Shown here piece after piece: positions 19,671-31,698 of a stretch of DNA of 64,000 nucleotides. This stretch comes from an uncultured Pseudomonadota bacterium. GTDB lineage: Bacteria > Oederibacteriota > Muellerivitia > Muellerivitales > Muellerivitaceae. The first letter of the stretch is position 1, and the number at the start of each line of letters is the position of its first letter. Below the pieces are notes generated by a model. It saw nothing but the letters and a program-made list of their open reading frames with translations, did no database searches and was not told the DNA's origin. The stretch covers positions 1-64,000 of the forward strand of contig CAWIIP010000005.1 of the NCBI GenBank assembly GCA_963836235.1, given 5' to 3'. Position numbers and translations under genes: made by a program.

Positions 19671-20282
19671 TTACGCGACGACTAGGTTTTTAAAGTTCTC
19701 GTAAATCTTCAGCCCTAAAGTTTGACTTTTCTCCGGGTGAAACTGGGTCCCAAATACATTTTTTTCCCAAACCATGCAGGTGAAATCCACGCCATAGTTG
19801 GATTCCGCGGCAATGACGGAAGAATCCTTGGGCACCACATAATAGGAATGGACGAAGTAAAGATAATCTCCGTCCTTTAAGCCTCTCAAAAGTGGATTCA
19901 TATCCTTTTTGATTTTAATTTGATTCCAACCCATGTGAGGCACTTTCTGGCCTGGAACGAATTTAACCACCCGGCCCGGGAAAACATCCAAACCCTTGGA
20001 AAGCCCAAATTCTTCGCTTTCGGCGAAAAGCATTTGCAGCCCCACACAGACTCCCATGAACGGTTTACCCGATTTGATATAAGCGATAATGGCCTTGGCT
20101 AGGTCTGATCGGTGCATGGCGTCCATGGAATCCTTGAAAGCCCCCACTCCAGGAAGCACAACCCCATCGGATTTTTCCACGTCCCGCCAGTCCGAAGTCA
20201 CGTGAGTCTCGGCGCCGACCTTTTCCAGGGCCTTGGCCACGCTGTGTAGGTTGCCGACTCCATAATCCACGACCGTAATCAT
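19671..20282 (-). CDS. hisH: Imidazole glycerol phosphate synthase glutaminase subunit
   Basis: DYGVGNL, LPGVGAF, PHMGWN, YFVHSY and QFHPEKS motifs. Confidence 0.96.
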   Translation of the reverse strand: MITVVDYGVGNLHSVAKALEKVGAETHVTSDWRDVEKSDGVVLPGVGAFKDSMDAMHRSDLAKAIIAYIKSGKPFMGVCVGLQMLFAESEEFGLSKGLDVFPGRVVKFVPGQKVPHMGWNQIKIKKDMNPLLRGLKDGDYLYFVHSYYVVPKDSSVIAAESNYGVDFTCMVWEKNVFGTQFHPEKSQTLGLKIYENFKNLVVA

Positions 20283-20301
20283 CTTAAACCTCGAAAGAAG
20301 T

Positions 20302-20392
20302 TTTAACCACCGAGAGCACCAAGGACACCAAGAACTCCAAAATTATTTTTTCAAAGCCATTCTATCTTTTCTTGGTGCCTTTGGTGGTTCAA
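20302..20392. repeat. Intergenic REP-like inverted repeat (AACCACC...CACCAAG / CTTGGTG...GGTGGTT family)
   Basis: TTTAACCACCGAGAGCACCAAGGACACCAAGAA ... TTCTTGGTGCCTTTGGTGGTTCAA; related elements at 6099-6123, 50966-51040 and 63588-63695. Confidence 0.65.
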
Positions 20393-20398
20393 TCGGCT

Positions 20399-20992
20399 TT
20401 AAAGATTTCCTTTGGTGGAAGGAACGCCCTTCACCTTAGAGTCCGCCGCCACCGCCATCTTCAAGGCCCTTGCGAAGCTCTTGAAAGCGGCTTCCGTGAT
20501 GTGATGGCTGTTTCGGCCGTGGATTTTTTCCAGGTGCAGGTTGAACTTTCCGTTGTCCACCACGGCCCGGAAGAAATCCTCCACCAGTTCGGTGTCGAAA
20601 TTGCCGATGCGTTTCTTCACCATCAAATCCAGGGCGAAATTGATGTAGTTGCGTCCGCTTAAATCCACCACGCAACGCACCAGCGCCTCGTCCAGGGGGA
20701 CGTAAAAGAACCCGTAGCGGGAAATGCCGTGCTTATCGCCCAGGGCCTTTTCCAGGGCCATTCCCAGGCAAATCCCGATGTCTTCCACCGTGTGGTGGTC
20801 GTCAATGTGGGTGTCGCCCTTGGCCGTCACTTGGAGGTCAAAGCCGCTGTGTTTGCTGAAGGCTTCCAGCATGTGGTTGAGGAAGGGCACGGGGCTCTTC
20901 ACCTGATTGGACCCGGTTCCATCCAGGTTCAAGGTCAACTCGATCTGGGTTTCTTTGGTCTTTCGTTTGATGGTGGCGATTCGCTTGGCCAT
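20399..20992 (-). CDS. hisB: Imidazoleglycerol-phosphate dehydratase
   Basis: RKTKETQI, DDHHTVED, NSHHITEAAFK and PSTKG motifs. Confidence 0.97.
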   Translation of the reverse strand: MAKRIATIKRKTKETQIELTLNLDGTGSNQVKSPVPFLNHMLEAFSKHSGFDLQVTAKGDTHIDDHHTVEDIGICLGMALEKALGDKHGISRYGFFYVPLDEALVRCVVDLSGRNYINFALDLMVKKRIGNFDTELVEDFFRAVVDNGKFNLHLEKIHGRNSHHITEAAFKSFARALKMAVAADSKVKGVPSTKGNL

Positions 20993-21006
20993 GGAGCGCT
21001 CCAGTT

Positions 21007-22074
21007 TTAAAGAAGCTTTTTAAGTTCGGCGATAAGCCGGTCATTCTGTTGCGGCGTCCCGATCGTGATCCTCAAGGAGTCCTTGAGCCTCGTATGGGAA
21101 AAGTATCTTACCAAAACACCCTTCTTTTTGAGACTTTTATAAAGATCCTCTGTGCATGGTTTTTTAGACCGGGTGGCTAGGATAAAATTGGCTTGGCTAT
21201 CGGGGACAATGAAATCCAGATCCCGTAAATCTTCGATAAGACTGTTTCGATCCAATTGGATTTTCTTAATGTTTCGCTTCATGTCAGCCAGTCCCTCCGC
21301 GCTCAAGGCCGCCAAACCCAGCGCCTGTGTGATGCGGTTGACGTTATAGGAATCCTTCACTTTCATTAACTGGGCAATTACTTCAGGATGACCCATGACA
21401 AATCCCAACCGCGCCCCCGCCAACGAAAAAGACTTGGACAGGGTTCGAAGAATTAAAACATTGGGGCAAGACCTGGCGATATCTAGACAATTCTCCTGGG
21501 CAAAATCCACATAAGCCTCGTCGATCAATACCAAACCCATGGCTTTGCGGCAAAAAGCCTTCATCTCGAATTTCGGGAAACAATTCCCCACCGGCGGGTT
21601 GGGATAACCCCAAAGGGTCAAACGGGCCTTTGGTAAAAACTTCTTGAAGTCCAGGCTCCAATCCGGATTCAGCTTCACTTCCTTTGCCCGTGCCTCCCGG
21701 ATTTCAACCAGTACGGGATAAAGGCTGTAGGTGATATCAGGATATTGAACTAGGTCCCCTTTGCCCAAGGCGGCGTTGAAAAGCAGGGAGAGGATTTCAT
21801 CCGAACCATTCCCCACCAGAATGCCATCCATAGGCCACCGGTAAACCCGCGACAGAGTCTTGCGGAGGCTATCGGCGGTCGGCTCAGGATAAAGGCGCAG
21901 GCGAAAGTCGGCCTGGCCCCTGACGGCTTTTAAAACCGCGGTGGAAGGCGGGTAGGGGTTCTCATTGGTATTGAGCTTGATAGTTGAAAGGTTCTTGGGC
22001 TGTTCGCCGGGAACATAGCCCTTCATCTTTAAAACCGAAGGCCGGAACCATTTTTTAAAATTAGTTTTTATCAT
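21007..22074 (-). CDS. hisC: Histidinol-phosphate aminotransferase
   Basis: KLNTNENPY, GNGSDE, DEAYVDF and RTLSKSFSLAGARLG motifs. Confidence 0.95.
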   Translation of the reverse strand: MIKTNFKKWFRPSVLKMKGYVPGEQPKNLSTIKLNTNENPYPPSTAVLKAVRGQADFRLRLYPEPTADSLRKTLSRVYRWPMDGILVGNGSDEILSLLFNAALGKGDLVQYPDITYSLYPVLVEIREARAKEVKLNPDWSLDFKKFLPKARLTLWGYPNPPVGNCFPKFEMKAFCRKAMGLVLIDEAYVDFAQENCLDIARSCPNVLILRTLSKSFSLAGARLGFVMGHPEVIAQLMKVKDSYNVNRITQALGLAALSAEGLADMKRNIKKIQLDRNSLIEDLRDLDFIVPDSQANFILATRSKKPCTEDLYKSLKKKGVLVRYFSHTRLKDSLRITIGTPQQNDRLIAELKKLL

Positions 22075-22128
22075 AGCTTGAACGCATTCTTCTGGATTTA
22101 TAACCCGGCCATCTTCTTAAAAGCGCCT

Positions 22129-23475
22129 TCAGTCCTTACCCATTCTAAAAGTCACACTTTGGGCGTGGGCCCCCAAACCTTCCTGTTCGGCAAAATCAAC
22201 CGTCGGTTTACCTAGGGCCTTTACACCCGGTTTCTTCATTTCAAGCATATTGGTGCGTTTTAGGAAATCGAACACTGAAAGGCCAGAGGAGAAGCGGGCC
22301 GTCCCGCCCGTGGGCAAGACGTGGTTCGTGCCGGCGGTGTAATCTCCGAAGGCTTCGGCGCTGTAAGAGCCGATAAAGATGGCTCCCGCATGCCGCATCC
22401 CTGGAAGCCAGCCGCGGGCGTCTTTAACCAATAGTTCCAAGTGTTCCGGCGCGAAACGGTTGGAGAATTCCTCCGCCTGTTTGCGATTTTTGACCAGGAT
22501 AATAGCCCCCCGGCTCTTGATCGAATCGGCGGCGATCTGCCGCCTCTCTAAAAGTTCCAATTGCAGTTCCACTTCATTAGCGACTTCCTTGGCGTAAGCC
22601 GAAGAAACAGTCACCAACAGGGGCATGGCCATTTCATCATGTTCAGCCTGGGCCAAAAGGTCCGCCGCCGCCCAGGAAGCCGGAACCGAGCCATCGGCCA
22701 GGATCAAAACCTCGCTGGGGCCGGGAAATCCATCGATTCCTACTTGCCCGAAAACCCGGCGTTTGGCTAGTGCCACGAAAAGATTACCCGGGCCCGTGAT
22801 CTTATCCACCGCCGGTACGGATTTAGTCCCATAAGCCAAGGCCGCGATAGCCTGGGCCCCACCGATCTTGAGGATGGTATCGGCCCCGGCGAAATAAGCC
22901 GCCGCCAGGACGGCGGGATTCACCTTGCCATCTTTTTTGACCGGTGTCACGACGACCACTTCCTTGACTCCCGCCACCTTGGCAGGAATGACATTCATGA
23001 TGACCGAGGAAGGATAGGCGGCCAAGCCCCCCGGAACATAAAGCCCCACCCGATCCAAGGGCGTCCAACGCTGGCCCAAGGACATTTGCGGCCCATTGTG
23101 GAACCAGCGGGAGGGCTTTTCCTTCGTATGGAAAAAACGAACATTCCGGATGGCGGTTCGGATGGCCACTTCGAGGGGATATTCCAGGTGCTCGAGGGCT
23201 TGTTGGATTTCCGCCTTGGTCACGCGGATGTTCTTGGGGTTGGCGACGAAGCCATCCAGCTTTCGGGTGTAGGCAAAAAGAGCGCTGTCCCCTTTTTTGC
23301 GGACGTCCTCCACAATGCGGTCAACTGCTTGTTCGGGTGTCAGTTCCCGGCCGAAAACCTTTTTGGTCAGAGAAGCACGACTCCCCACGCCCTTGAGGAC
23401 CACCAAGGGTTCCCTGCGGATGAGCTTTTCAACCAAACCCTGGTCTTTCGATTTGGAATAATTCAGGATTCTCAT
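22129..23475 (-). CDS. hisD: Histidinol dehydrogenase
   Basis: YVPGG.AAYPSS, GGAQAIAALAYGT, GPSE, QAEHD, APEHLEL and NHVLPT motifs; ATG 23475 overlaps the upstream stop. Confidence 0.96.
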   Translation of the reverse strand: MRILNYSKSKDQGLVEKLIRREPLVVLKGVGSRASLTKKVFGRELTPEQAVDRIVEDVRKKGDSALFAYTRKLDGFVANPKNIRVTKAEIQQALEHLEYPLEVAIRTAIRNVRFFHTKEKPSRWFHNGPQMSLGQRWTPLDRVGLYVPGGLAAYPSSVIMNVIPAKVAGVKEVVVVTPVKKDGKVNPAVLAAAYFAGADTILKIGGAQAIAALAYGTKSVPAVDKITGPGNLFVALAKRRVFGQVGIDGFPGPSEVLILADGSVPASWAAADLLAQAEHDEMAMPLLVTVSSAYAKEVANEVELQLELLERRQIAADSIKSRGAIILVKNRKQAEEFSNRFAPEHLELLVKDARGWLPGMRHAGAIFIGSYSAEAFGDYTAGTNHVLPTGGTARFSSGLSVFDFLKRTNMLEMKKPGVKALGKPTVDFAEQEGLGAHAQSVTFRMGKD

Positions 23476-23822
23476 TTGTGCACTTCCACACCATATTTCA
23501 ACCAATTTTCCCGATATTTTTTAAATGCAAAATAACCAAAACCAAAACAATTCAACCCCAGCAACACGAGACCTACAAGAGAAAGTATTCGGGTAGATGT
23601 TTGCATGTTAGACGTCAGAAACAACATAAGGAGCAAAATAAATGTGGCGTCCATTTTAAAGAAAACAAGACAAAGCATCCAAAAACCTCTTCTCCATTTT
23701 GATCGAGTGTCCAATTTCTTGAAAACAAAGACATTCGAAATCACCAACCAAAAATTTAATAGGGCCGCCAAAACAAAAGAACCAACAAAGAACCATTCAA
23801 TAGAGTGCAAAACATTATCCAT
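23472..23822 (-). CDS. Hypothetical 3-TM membrane protein (AT-rich)
   Basis: Three hydrophobic segments; ATGA-coupled to hisD. Confidence 0.65.
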   Translation of the reverse strand: MDNVLHSIEWFFVGSFVLAALLNFWLVISNVFVFKKLDTRSKWRRGFWMLCLVFFKMDATFILLLMLFLTSNMQTSTRILSLVGLVLLGLNCFGFGYFAFKKYRENWLKYGVEVHK

Positions 23823-23843
23823 AACCAGGCCTTCTTAAATTAG

Positions 23844-25103
23844 CTAATCAATTCTTTTGATGTCCGCGCCGAGGGCCGAAAGTTTCTTTTCGATTTTCTC
23901 ATATCCCCGGTCCAAATGGTAAATACGCTGAACCAGGGTTTCCCCCTCAGCCACCAGCCCCGCCAAAATCAGGGCCGCGCTGGCCCGCAAGTCCGAGGCC
24001 ATCACTGGCGCCCCGGTCAATTTCGGCACGCCCTTCACCACCGCGTGGCTGCGGTCGATATTAATGTCCGCGCCCATGCGGTTCATCTCGAAAACATGCA
24101 TAAAGCGATTTTCCCAGATGGTTTCCGTGACGATGCTGATGCCCGGCACTGTAGCCAAGAGGGCCATAATCTGGGCCTGCATGTCCGTCGGGAACCCGGG
24201 ATAAGGCAAGATCATGACGTCCGCCGGCTTGTAAGCGTCTCCGCCCTTGACCCGGATACCCTCAGGAGTGACATCCACACTCACGCCGATTTGGCGAAGC
24301 TTGTCGGTGACAGCGGTCAGGTGGCCGGCATTGGCCTTTTGAATCAGGACATCACCTTTCGTGATGGCCGAGGCCACCATGAAAGTCCCCGCTTCCACTC
24401 GATCTGGAATAACGGAGTATTCAACGCCTTTGAGCTTCTTTTTTCCTTCAATAACCAACCGTGAGGTTCCGCCCCCCTCGATAGACGCACCCATAGCTTT
24501 TAAGCAATTTACCAAATCCTCCACTTCCGGTTCGGAGGAAGCGGATTCAATAACAGTCGTTCCCTCGGCGGCGGTGGCGGCCAAGAGCACATTGACGGTT
24601 GCTCCCACGCTGGGCCCATGGGGCCCCGCCAGGTAAATGGTGGCTCCCTTTAGTTTGGAAGCCTTAGCATGCACATATCCATGCTCGATAGTAACCTTGG
24701 CCCCCAATTGCTCGACGCCTTTCAAGTGAAGGTCGATGGGCCGGGCCCCGATCGCGCAACCACCCGGAAGTGAAACTTTCGCCTCGCCCAACCGGGCCAG
24801 ACAGACACCCAGGGAATAAATGGAAGCCCTCATGGTCTTCACGAGTTCGTAGGGTGCCTCAAACTTATTGAAGCCTTTGGGATCAATGTGCAAACGATGG
24901 TCTTCCAACTGGACGGAGGAACCTAACTTGCGGAGCACTTCGGCCATTGTTTTGATGTCGTTCAAGTAAGGAACATTGTGGATCACGGAAGGGGAGTCCG
25001 CCAGGAGCGCGGCAGTCATGACCGGCAGTGTGGCGTTTTTGGAGCCGCTGATTTCGACGGAACCCTTGAGGCTTTTGCCGCCCTTCACCGAAATCTTTTG
25101 CAC
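23844..25103 (-). CDS. murA: UDP-N-acetylglucosamine 1-carboxyvinyltransferase
   Basis: SGSKNA, LPGGCAIGARPID, YPGFPTDMQ, DLRA and HLDRGYE motifs. Confidence 0.97.
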   Translation of the reverse strand: MQKISVKGGKSLKGSVEISGSKNATLPVMTAALLADSPSVIHNVPYLNDIKTMAEVLRKLGSSVQLEDHRLHIDPKGFNKFEAPYELVKTMRASIYSLGVCLARLGEAKVSLPGGCAIGARPIDLHLKGVEQLGAKVTIEHGYVHAKASKLKGATIYLAGPHGPSVGATVNVLLAATAAEGTTVIESASSEPEVEDLVNCLKAMGASIEGGGTSRLVIEGKKKLKGVEYSVIPDRVEAGTFMVASAITKGDVLIQKANAGHLTAVTDKLRQIGVSVDVTPEGIRVKGGDAYKPADVMILPYPGFPTDMQAQIMALLATVPGISIVTETIWENRFMHVFEMNRMGADINIDRSHAVVKGVPKLTGAPVMASDLRASAALILAGLVAEGETLVQRIYHLDRGYEKIEKKLSALGADIKRID

Positions 25104-25130
25104 GGTGCGTTCCTTGGTTAGAGGGTTAAA

Positions 25131-25159
25131 ACAAAAAGCCGCCCGGAGGCGGCCTTTGT
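25131..25159 (-). terminator. Intrinsic terminator downstream of rnpB
   Basis: Minus strand GGCCGCC-TCCG-GGCGGCT followed by a T run. Confidence 0.75.
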
Positions 25160-25171
25160 TATGAAATTAAA

Positions 25172-25565
25172 AGAAGCAGGTTATAAGCCGAATTTTGTGA
25201 GTGTGATCATTTCTCTCGCGGGAACCGTTACCGGTCCCGTCCTTGCGATCTTACCCGAAGGCCTCCCTTTCCGGTGTGGAAAAGAATGAAGCGGACCGCT
25301 TCAAAGCCTCCCTATTTGATCTTGCTCCGGATGGGGTTTGCCTTGCCGTCACACTCGCGTGGAACGCGGTGGGCTCTTACCCCACCATTTCACCCTTACC
25401 TCTCAGCGCTTTAGGCGCCTTGGGGCGGTTTATTTTCTGTGGCACTTTCCTTCAAGGGCCTTACGGCCCCCGACTGGGCGTTATCCAGCATCCTGTCCTG
25501 CGGAGTTCGGACTTTCCTCAACCGGACGGGGAAACCCCGCCGATCGCGATCACGGACCTGCTTCT
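25172..25565 (-). ncRNA. rnpB: RNase P RNA (type A-like)
   Basis: Minus strand has GAGGAAAGTCCGAACTCC near the 5' end and ACAAAATTCGGCTTAT near the 3' end. P1 helix AGAAGCAGG/CCTGCTTCT. Lies downstream of rnhA. Confidence 0.95.
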
Positions 25566-25626
25566 AGGAGAAATCATAAAGGTAAATGGGGGTAAAATCC
25601 AGTAAAGGAAGCCTGGCAGAATAAGC

Positions 25627-26034
25627 TTATTTTGAGAAATGCTGATCAATACCCTCATTGGCGAGTTCGTCCGCTCTTTTGTTGAATTCCCGCAGTACGT
25701 GCGTGAATCCTACCACGGTCAAATGCGAGAGGTATTCTTTGGCCTTTTGGTGGAGGGGGATCATGTTCGGATGTTTCACTTTGTACTGACCCAACAATTG
25801 GCGGATCATCAACTGGCTGTCGGCCAGGATTTCCACCGGTGACAGCTTTTTCTTCACGCAATAATCCAAAGCCTCTAACAGGGCCTCGTATTCAGCCACG
25901 TTATTGGTGGTGTTCCCGATGTACTTAGAAATTTCATGCAGGATTTTCCCCTTATCGTTCAAGATGACCGCCCCAATACCCGATGGCCCTGGATTTCCAC
26001 GGCAAGCACCGTCACTATAAATTTGATAGGCCAT
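25627..26034 (-). CDS. rnhA: Ribonuclease HI
   Basis: SDGACRGNPGP, TNNVAEYEAL, DSQL and NKRADELAN motifs; ATG 26034. Confidence 0.93.
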   Translation of the reverse strand: MAYQIYSDGACRGNPGPSGIGAVILNDKGKILHEISKYIGNTTNNVAEYEALLEALDYCVKKKLSPVEILADSQLMIRQLLGQYKVKHPNMIPLHQKAKEYLSHLTVVGFTHVLREFNKRADELANEGIDQHFSK

Positions 26035-26347
26035 TTTTTTCCTTGAAGAGACGAAATTTGCTCCCATCCCAGAAGACAAGCATACTTGATAACAAAATAT
26101 AAAATTCTAAACCATTCCTTAATGTCTGCTTGTTTCTATTCCCAGATCATTATTGGGGATAAAAAGAGTTTACAATCGCTTAAAATTAACGCAAACGAAA
26201 CATTTTGCCGATGTTACAAAATAGTCTAAAAGACAAATCGGTCGATTTTTAAACAAAAAAATCTTAACGAAGTGAAGGCGAAACATCCAGGCAAACGTTT
26301 TTTAGGGTATCATTTGCCCATGTTGTAGTTTCACCTGGGGAATAGCC

Positions 26348-27628
26348 ATGATTTTCACTTCCGACTATAGTGATCTCGATTTAAAAGTTCTCCTCGAACG
26401 GGAATTGGTGGAAGTTCATTTCCAGCCGATTTTTTCTATTCGTGAAAAAAAAATTGTAGGTTTTGAGGGTCTTTCCCGGGGAGTTCATCCCGTTTCAGGA
26501 AAACTCGTTCCTCCCCTCCCGCTTTTAAAGATGGCCAAAGACGCTGGCCTCACTCTGGAACTGGACCGCCTTCTTCGCAAGAAAATAATGGAAAGCTTTC
26601 AACGCTTTTGTCCTGCTCCCCACGACCTAATTTTAACTCTCAATTTTGAGACATCCATCATCGACAAAGAAATCGGCACTCTGCACTTGATACATCTTTG
26701 TCGCCAGCTCAACTTAAACCCCTCGAATATCGTGATCGAAATTCTGGAATCAAAGGTCAAAAGCGTTGAAGCCTTGGCGAAGTTTGTCCACATTCATCGT
26801 GAGCACGGATTTTTGATCGCCTTGGACGACGTGGGAAAAGGCCATTCCAACTTGGATCGCATTCCGATTATCCAACCCGATATCATTAAGATTGACCGTT
26901 CCCTGGTAACCAATCTGCAAGATGACTACTACCGTCAGGAAATCTTTAAGTCTCTCGTTCATTTATCACAAAAAATTGGCGCCGTCGCCCTGGCCGAGGG
27001 CGTGGAAACCGAAGAAGAAACATTGGAATGCCTTGAGCTGGGCGCCGACTTGCTTCAGGGATATTATTTTTCCAAACCACAAGAACCTAGTGTTGATTTC
27101 GTCGGACTTGTCACCGGTATCATCGATCCCGTGGCAGATAAATTCAAAAAACGCATGGTGGAAAAGCTGAACATTAAGAAGATCCAACACGAGCGTTACA
27201 AGCTCATGATCGAAAGCCTTGTGTCAGAACTTACTCTTCTAGCCGCCGATGAAATGGACGGCAACCTATCCAACTCTTTCTTAAATCATTCGATCGCCAA
27301 GGCGATTTATGTGCTTGATGAAAAAGGAATTCAAACGACCGTAATGTCTTGCAAAACGGACCAGCAACCCCGGCAAGGTATTTTTCGTTTACCTCACAAA
27401 GGAACGGATTATTCCACGAGGGATTTCTATTATTTTCTAATGGAATCAGGTTTAAACCGGGAATCCTATACCAGCGAACCTTATATCTCCCCTGCAACCG
27501 GTCTCTTTTGTCTGACTATCTCGACCCGTTTCAAGGATAAAGCCGGGAAAACCATGATCCTTTGTGTGGACGTCGTTCCTAATTATCTGAAACACATGGG
27601 TCGGATCATGACCCTCTTCGGCGGTTAA
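26348..27628 (+). CDS. EAL-domain c-di-GMP phosphodiesterase with C-terminal Cache/PAS-like domain (YkuI-like)
   Basis: FQPI, EGL, EILE, LDDVGKGHSNL, KIDR, EGVET and QGYYF motifs; C-terminal SEPYIS..TG..CLTIS. Confidence 0.88.
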   Translation: MIFTSDYSDLDLKVLLERELVEVHFQPIFSIREKKIVGFEGLSRGVHPVSGKLVPPLPLLKMAKDAGLTLELDRLLRKKIMESFQRFCPAPHDLILTLNFETSIIDKEIGTLHLIHLCRQLNLNPSNIVIEILESKVKSVEALAKFVHIHREHGFLIALDDVGKGHSNLDRIPIIQPDIIKIDRSLVTNLQDDYYRQEIFKSLVHLSQKIGAVALAEGVETEEETLECLELGADLLQGYYFSKPQEPSVDFVGLVTGIIDPVADKFKKRMVEKLNIKKIQHERYKLMIESLVSELTLLAADEMDGNLSNSFLNHSIAKAIYVLDEKGIQTTVMSCKTDQQPRQGIFRLPHKGTDYSTRDFYYFLMESGLNRESYTSEPYISPATGLFCLTISTRFKDKAGKTMILCVDVVPNYLKHMGRIMTLFGG

Positions 27629-27710
27629 CTCTTTTCAAATTTTTCCATCAAAAATAAAAAGTTAAATTCAATTAAAAAAGTTTAAGTGTCTTTGTGTTTT
27701 GGTTTGAGAT

Positions 27711-28517
27711 TTATTTTTTGAGCGCTTTATGGATAGCGAGACTATCTTTCAATACCTGCCGGAAGGTCTCAAAGGTAATTTGAGTTGCGGCATCAGATTT
27801 AGCCTTGGGAGGATCCGGATGCACTTCCATGAAAAGGCCGTCCACTCCAACGGCGACCGCCGCCCGCATCAAATCGGGCGCGTGCTCACGGGTTCCCCCG
27901 CTGGAAGTCCCTTTCGCGGCGGGTTGCTGAACACTGTGGGTCCCGTCAAAAATAACAGGACAACCGGTTTTTTTCATCTCGGGAATCCCCCGGTAATCGA
28001 CCACCAAGTTATTGTAACCAAAGGAAGTTCCCCTTTCGGTCAGCCAAATGTTCTTCTGGCCGGCGCCCATCATCTTGGCGACGACGTTGACCATTTCCCA
28101 AGGGGCCATGAATTGCGCCTTTTTCACATTGACGACTTCTCCATGTTTAGCGGCTTCCATCAGCAGACTCGTCTGCCGGGAAAGAAAAGCGGGTATCTGG
28201 AGGACATTGGCGACTTTTGCCGCTTGTTTCACTTCGCTGATTTCGTGAATGTCGGTTAAAACTGGAATGCCCAATCGTTTTTTTACCAAGGCTAGATCGG
28301 ACAATCCCTTTTTTAAACCGGGACCCCGGAAGCCTTTAATGGAAGTGCGATTAGCTTTGTCATAGGAAGACTTAAACACAAGAGGAACACCGAAAGAATC
28401 AGTGATACTTTTGATTGTCTTAGCGGTTTTCATAAGAAAATCGGTGCCCTCAATCACGCAGGGCCCCGCTATCACAAAGAACTTACCGTTTTTCCCTAGT
28501 TGCGTCACATCAACCAA
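27711..28517 (-). CDS. kdsA: Kdo 8-phosphate synthase
   Basis: AGPCVIE, KSSYDKANRTS, PAFLSRQT, ERGTSFGY and DGTHSVQ motifs; start approximate (TTG 28517). Confidence 0.95.
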   Translation of the reverse strand: MVDVTQLGKNGKFFVIAGPCVIEGTDFLMKTAKTIKSITDSFGVPLVFKSSYDKANRTSIKGFRGPGLKKGLSDLALVKKRLGIPVLTDIHEISEVKQAAKVANVLQIPAFLSRQTSLLMEAAKHGEVVNVKKAQFMAPWEMVNVVAKMMGAGQKNIWLTERGTSFGYNNLVVDYRGIPEMKKTGCPVIFDGTHSVQQPAAKGTSSGGTREHAPDLMRAAVAVGVDGLFMEVHPDPPKAKSDAATQITFETFRQVLKDSLAIHKALKK

Positions 28518-28612
28518 AGCGAAACCCCTTTTAACCTGAATTAAACAAAGAACACTCAAAAAAAGCTAATTTTTAAAAACCTTTCTTTCTCTTAGCCGCT
28601 CTTAGCACTTCC

Positions 28613-30262
<1,650 letters not shown>

Positions 30263-30304
30263 TCAATTTCAGTACGAAGCCTTCAAGATACAGTTGAATT
30301 GGCT

Positions 30305-31039
30305 TTATTTTCTTTTTTTCAAAAATTTTTCAACCTTCCTCACATCCGCTGGCACATCCACCGCGATGGATTCGACTTTCCTGACGGCGGCCCGGATCAC
30401 GACCCCGTTTTCCATGGCCCTTAATTGTTCGAGCTTTTCGGTTAATTCCAGGGGTGTTGGTTTCAAAGTCGCCATCAGTTGCAACCAGGCCGGACGATAC
30501 CCGTAAAGGCCCATGTGTTTGTATGCCTTTGGCATCCCACCCTCCCGAGGATAAGGTATGGGCGCCCGGGAAAAATAAAGCACATCACCCTTCGAACCTA
30601 AAACCGCCTTCACCACATTGGGATCCATCCATTCCTTCTTGTCCGCCAAGGGTATGACCACCGTCGACATTAAAACACGCGAATCTTTCCGGAGCACTTC
30701 CACCGCCGCGTCAATGGCGGCGGGTGCCATGACCGGCTCATCGCCTTGGATATTCACGATAATGTCGGCCTTTTGATTTCGAACGGAATAAGCTATTCGG
30801 TCCGTACCCGACTTTAAAGAAGAAGGTGTCATGACCGCCTTGGCGCCGGCCTTTTCTACCGCCGCGGCGATACGCTGGTCGTCGGTGGCCACCCAAACCT
30901 CACTTAAACGCTTGGCCTTTTGAGCCTGGCGGACGACCCTTACGATCATAGGGATGCCGGAGATCAATGCCAGGGGTTTGCCCGGAAACCGCTGCGCTCC
31001 ATATCGGGAAGGGATAACGCCGATGACCTTATTTGCCAT
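30305..31039 (-). CDS. kdsB: CMP-Kdo synthetase
   Basis: IPSRYGAQRFPGKPL, SGTDR, NIQGDEP and EKLEQLRA motifs. Confidence 0.96.
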   Translation of the reverse strand: MANKVIGVIPSRYGAQRFPGKPLALISGIPMIVRVVRQAQKAKRLSEVWVATDDQRIAAAVEKAGAKAVMTPSSLKSGTDRIAYSVRNQKADIIVNIQGDEPVMAPAAIDAAVEVLRKDSRVLMSTVVIPLADKKEWMDPNVVKAVLGSKGDVLYFSRAPIPYPREGGMPKAYKHMGLYGYRPAWLQLMATLKPTPLELTEKLEQLRAMENGVVIRAAVRKVESIAVDVPADVRKVEKFLKKRK

Positions 31040-31508
31040 AACGTTCCCTCGCCATTTGAATCAGGTTGGTGGTAGAGCGGCCTTCCACGACGGGAATATT
31101 CAGGACCTTTCCGCCCCAAGACTGAACTAAGTCTCCGCCGATGATCTTGTCGATAGCCCAATCACCGCCCTTCACTAAAATATCGGGCCGGATAATTTTA
31201 ATAAGGTTATAAGGATCGTCTTCTTCGAAGAAGGTCGTGTAATCCACGCAGTCCAAAGCCAACAGCATTTCGGCCCTTTCCTCGACCGGCAAGAGCGGCT
31301 TCAAGGGGCCTTTGATCCGGCGCACGGAAGCGTCGCTGTTCAACCCAACTACTAGGAGATCGCCCCGCTTACGGGATTCCTGAAGATAAGTAACATGCCC
31401 TAAATGGAGGAGATCGAAAACGCCATTCGTGAAGACTACTTTTTGGCCTTGGTTTTGAAGGTTTTTAAGGACGGGCGCTAGCTTGGTTGGTTCTAAAAAG
31501 TGATCCAA
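31029..31508 (-). CDS. rfaE2: D-glycero-beta-D-manno-heptose 1-phosphate adenylyltransferase (stand-alone HldE domain II)
   Basis: FTNGVFDLLHLGH, GLNSDASV, VKGGDW and STT motifs. Confidence 0.92.
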   Translation of the reverse strand: MDHFLEPTKLAPVLKNLQNQGQKVVFTNGVFDLLHLGHVTYLQESRKRGDLLVVGLNSDASVRRIKGPLKPLLPVEERAEMLLALDCVDYTTFFEEDDPYNLIKIIRPDILVKGGDWAIDKIIGGDLVQSWGGKVLNIPVVEGRSTTNLIQMARERYGK

Positions 31509-31698
31509 TTCATTTCTACTTCACTTGGGATGGGTAATTATAGGGAAAGGGCCGGGGACTGACAACCCAAACTTTAACCGGGCGGCTAAAGACTTTTAAT
31601 GACTCCTCCGGCAACAAGGGGATGGGGCGAACCACCACTGCCGTTTTTCCCACGGCACATTCGCGAAAAAATCGAGCCCCAGACTTTTCAGAACTCGG

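Noticed and set aside
20554-20566. TGTCCACCACGGC resembling a left arm of the 28-bp site
   Set aside because: Inside hisB coding sequence (AVVDN) with no centre or right arm; likely chance
25243-25605. Plus-strand ORFs of 120 aa and 85 aa
   Set aside because: Antisense to the RNase P RNA; spurious
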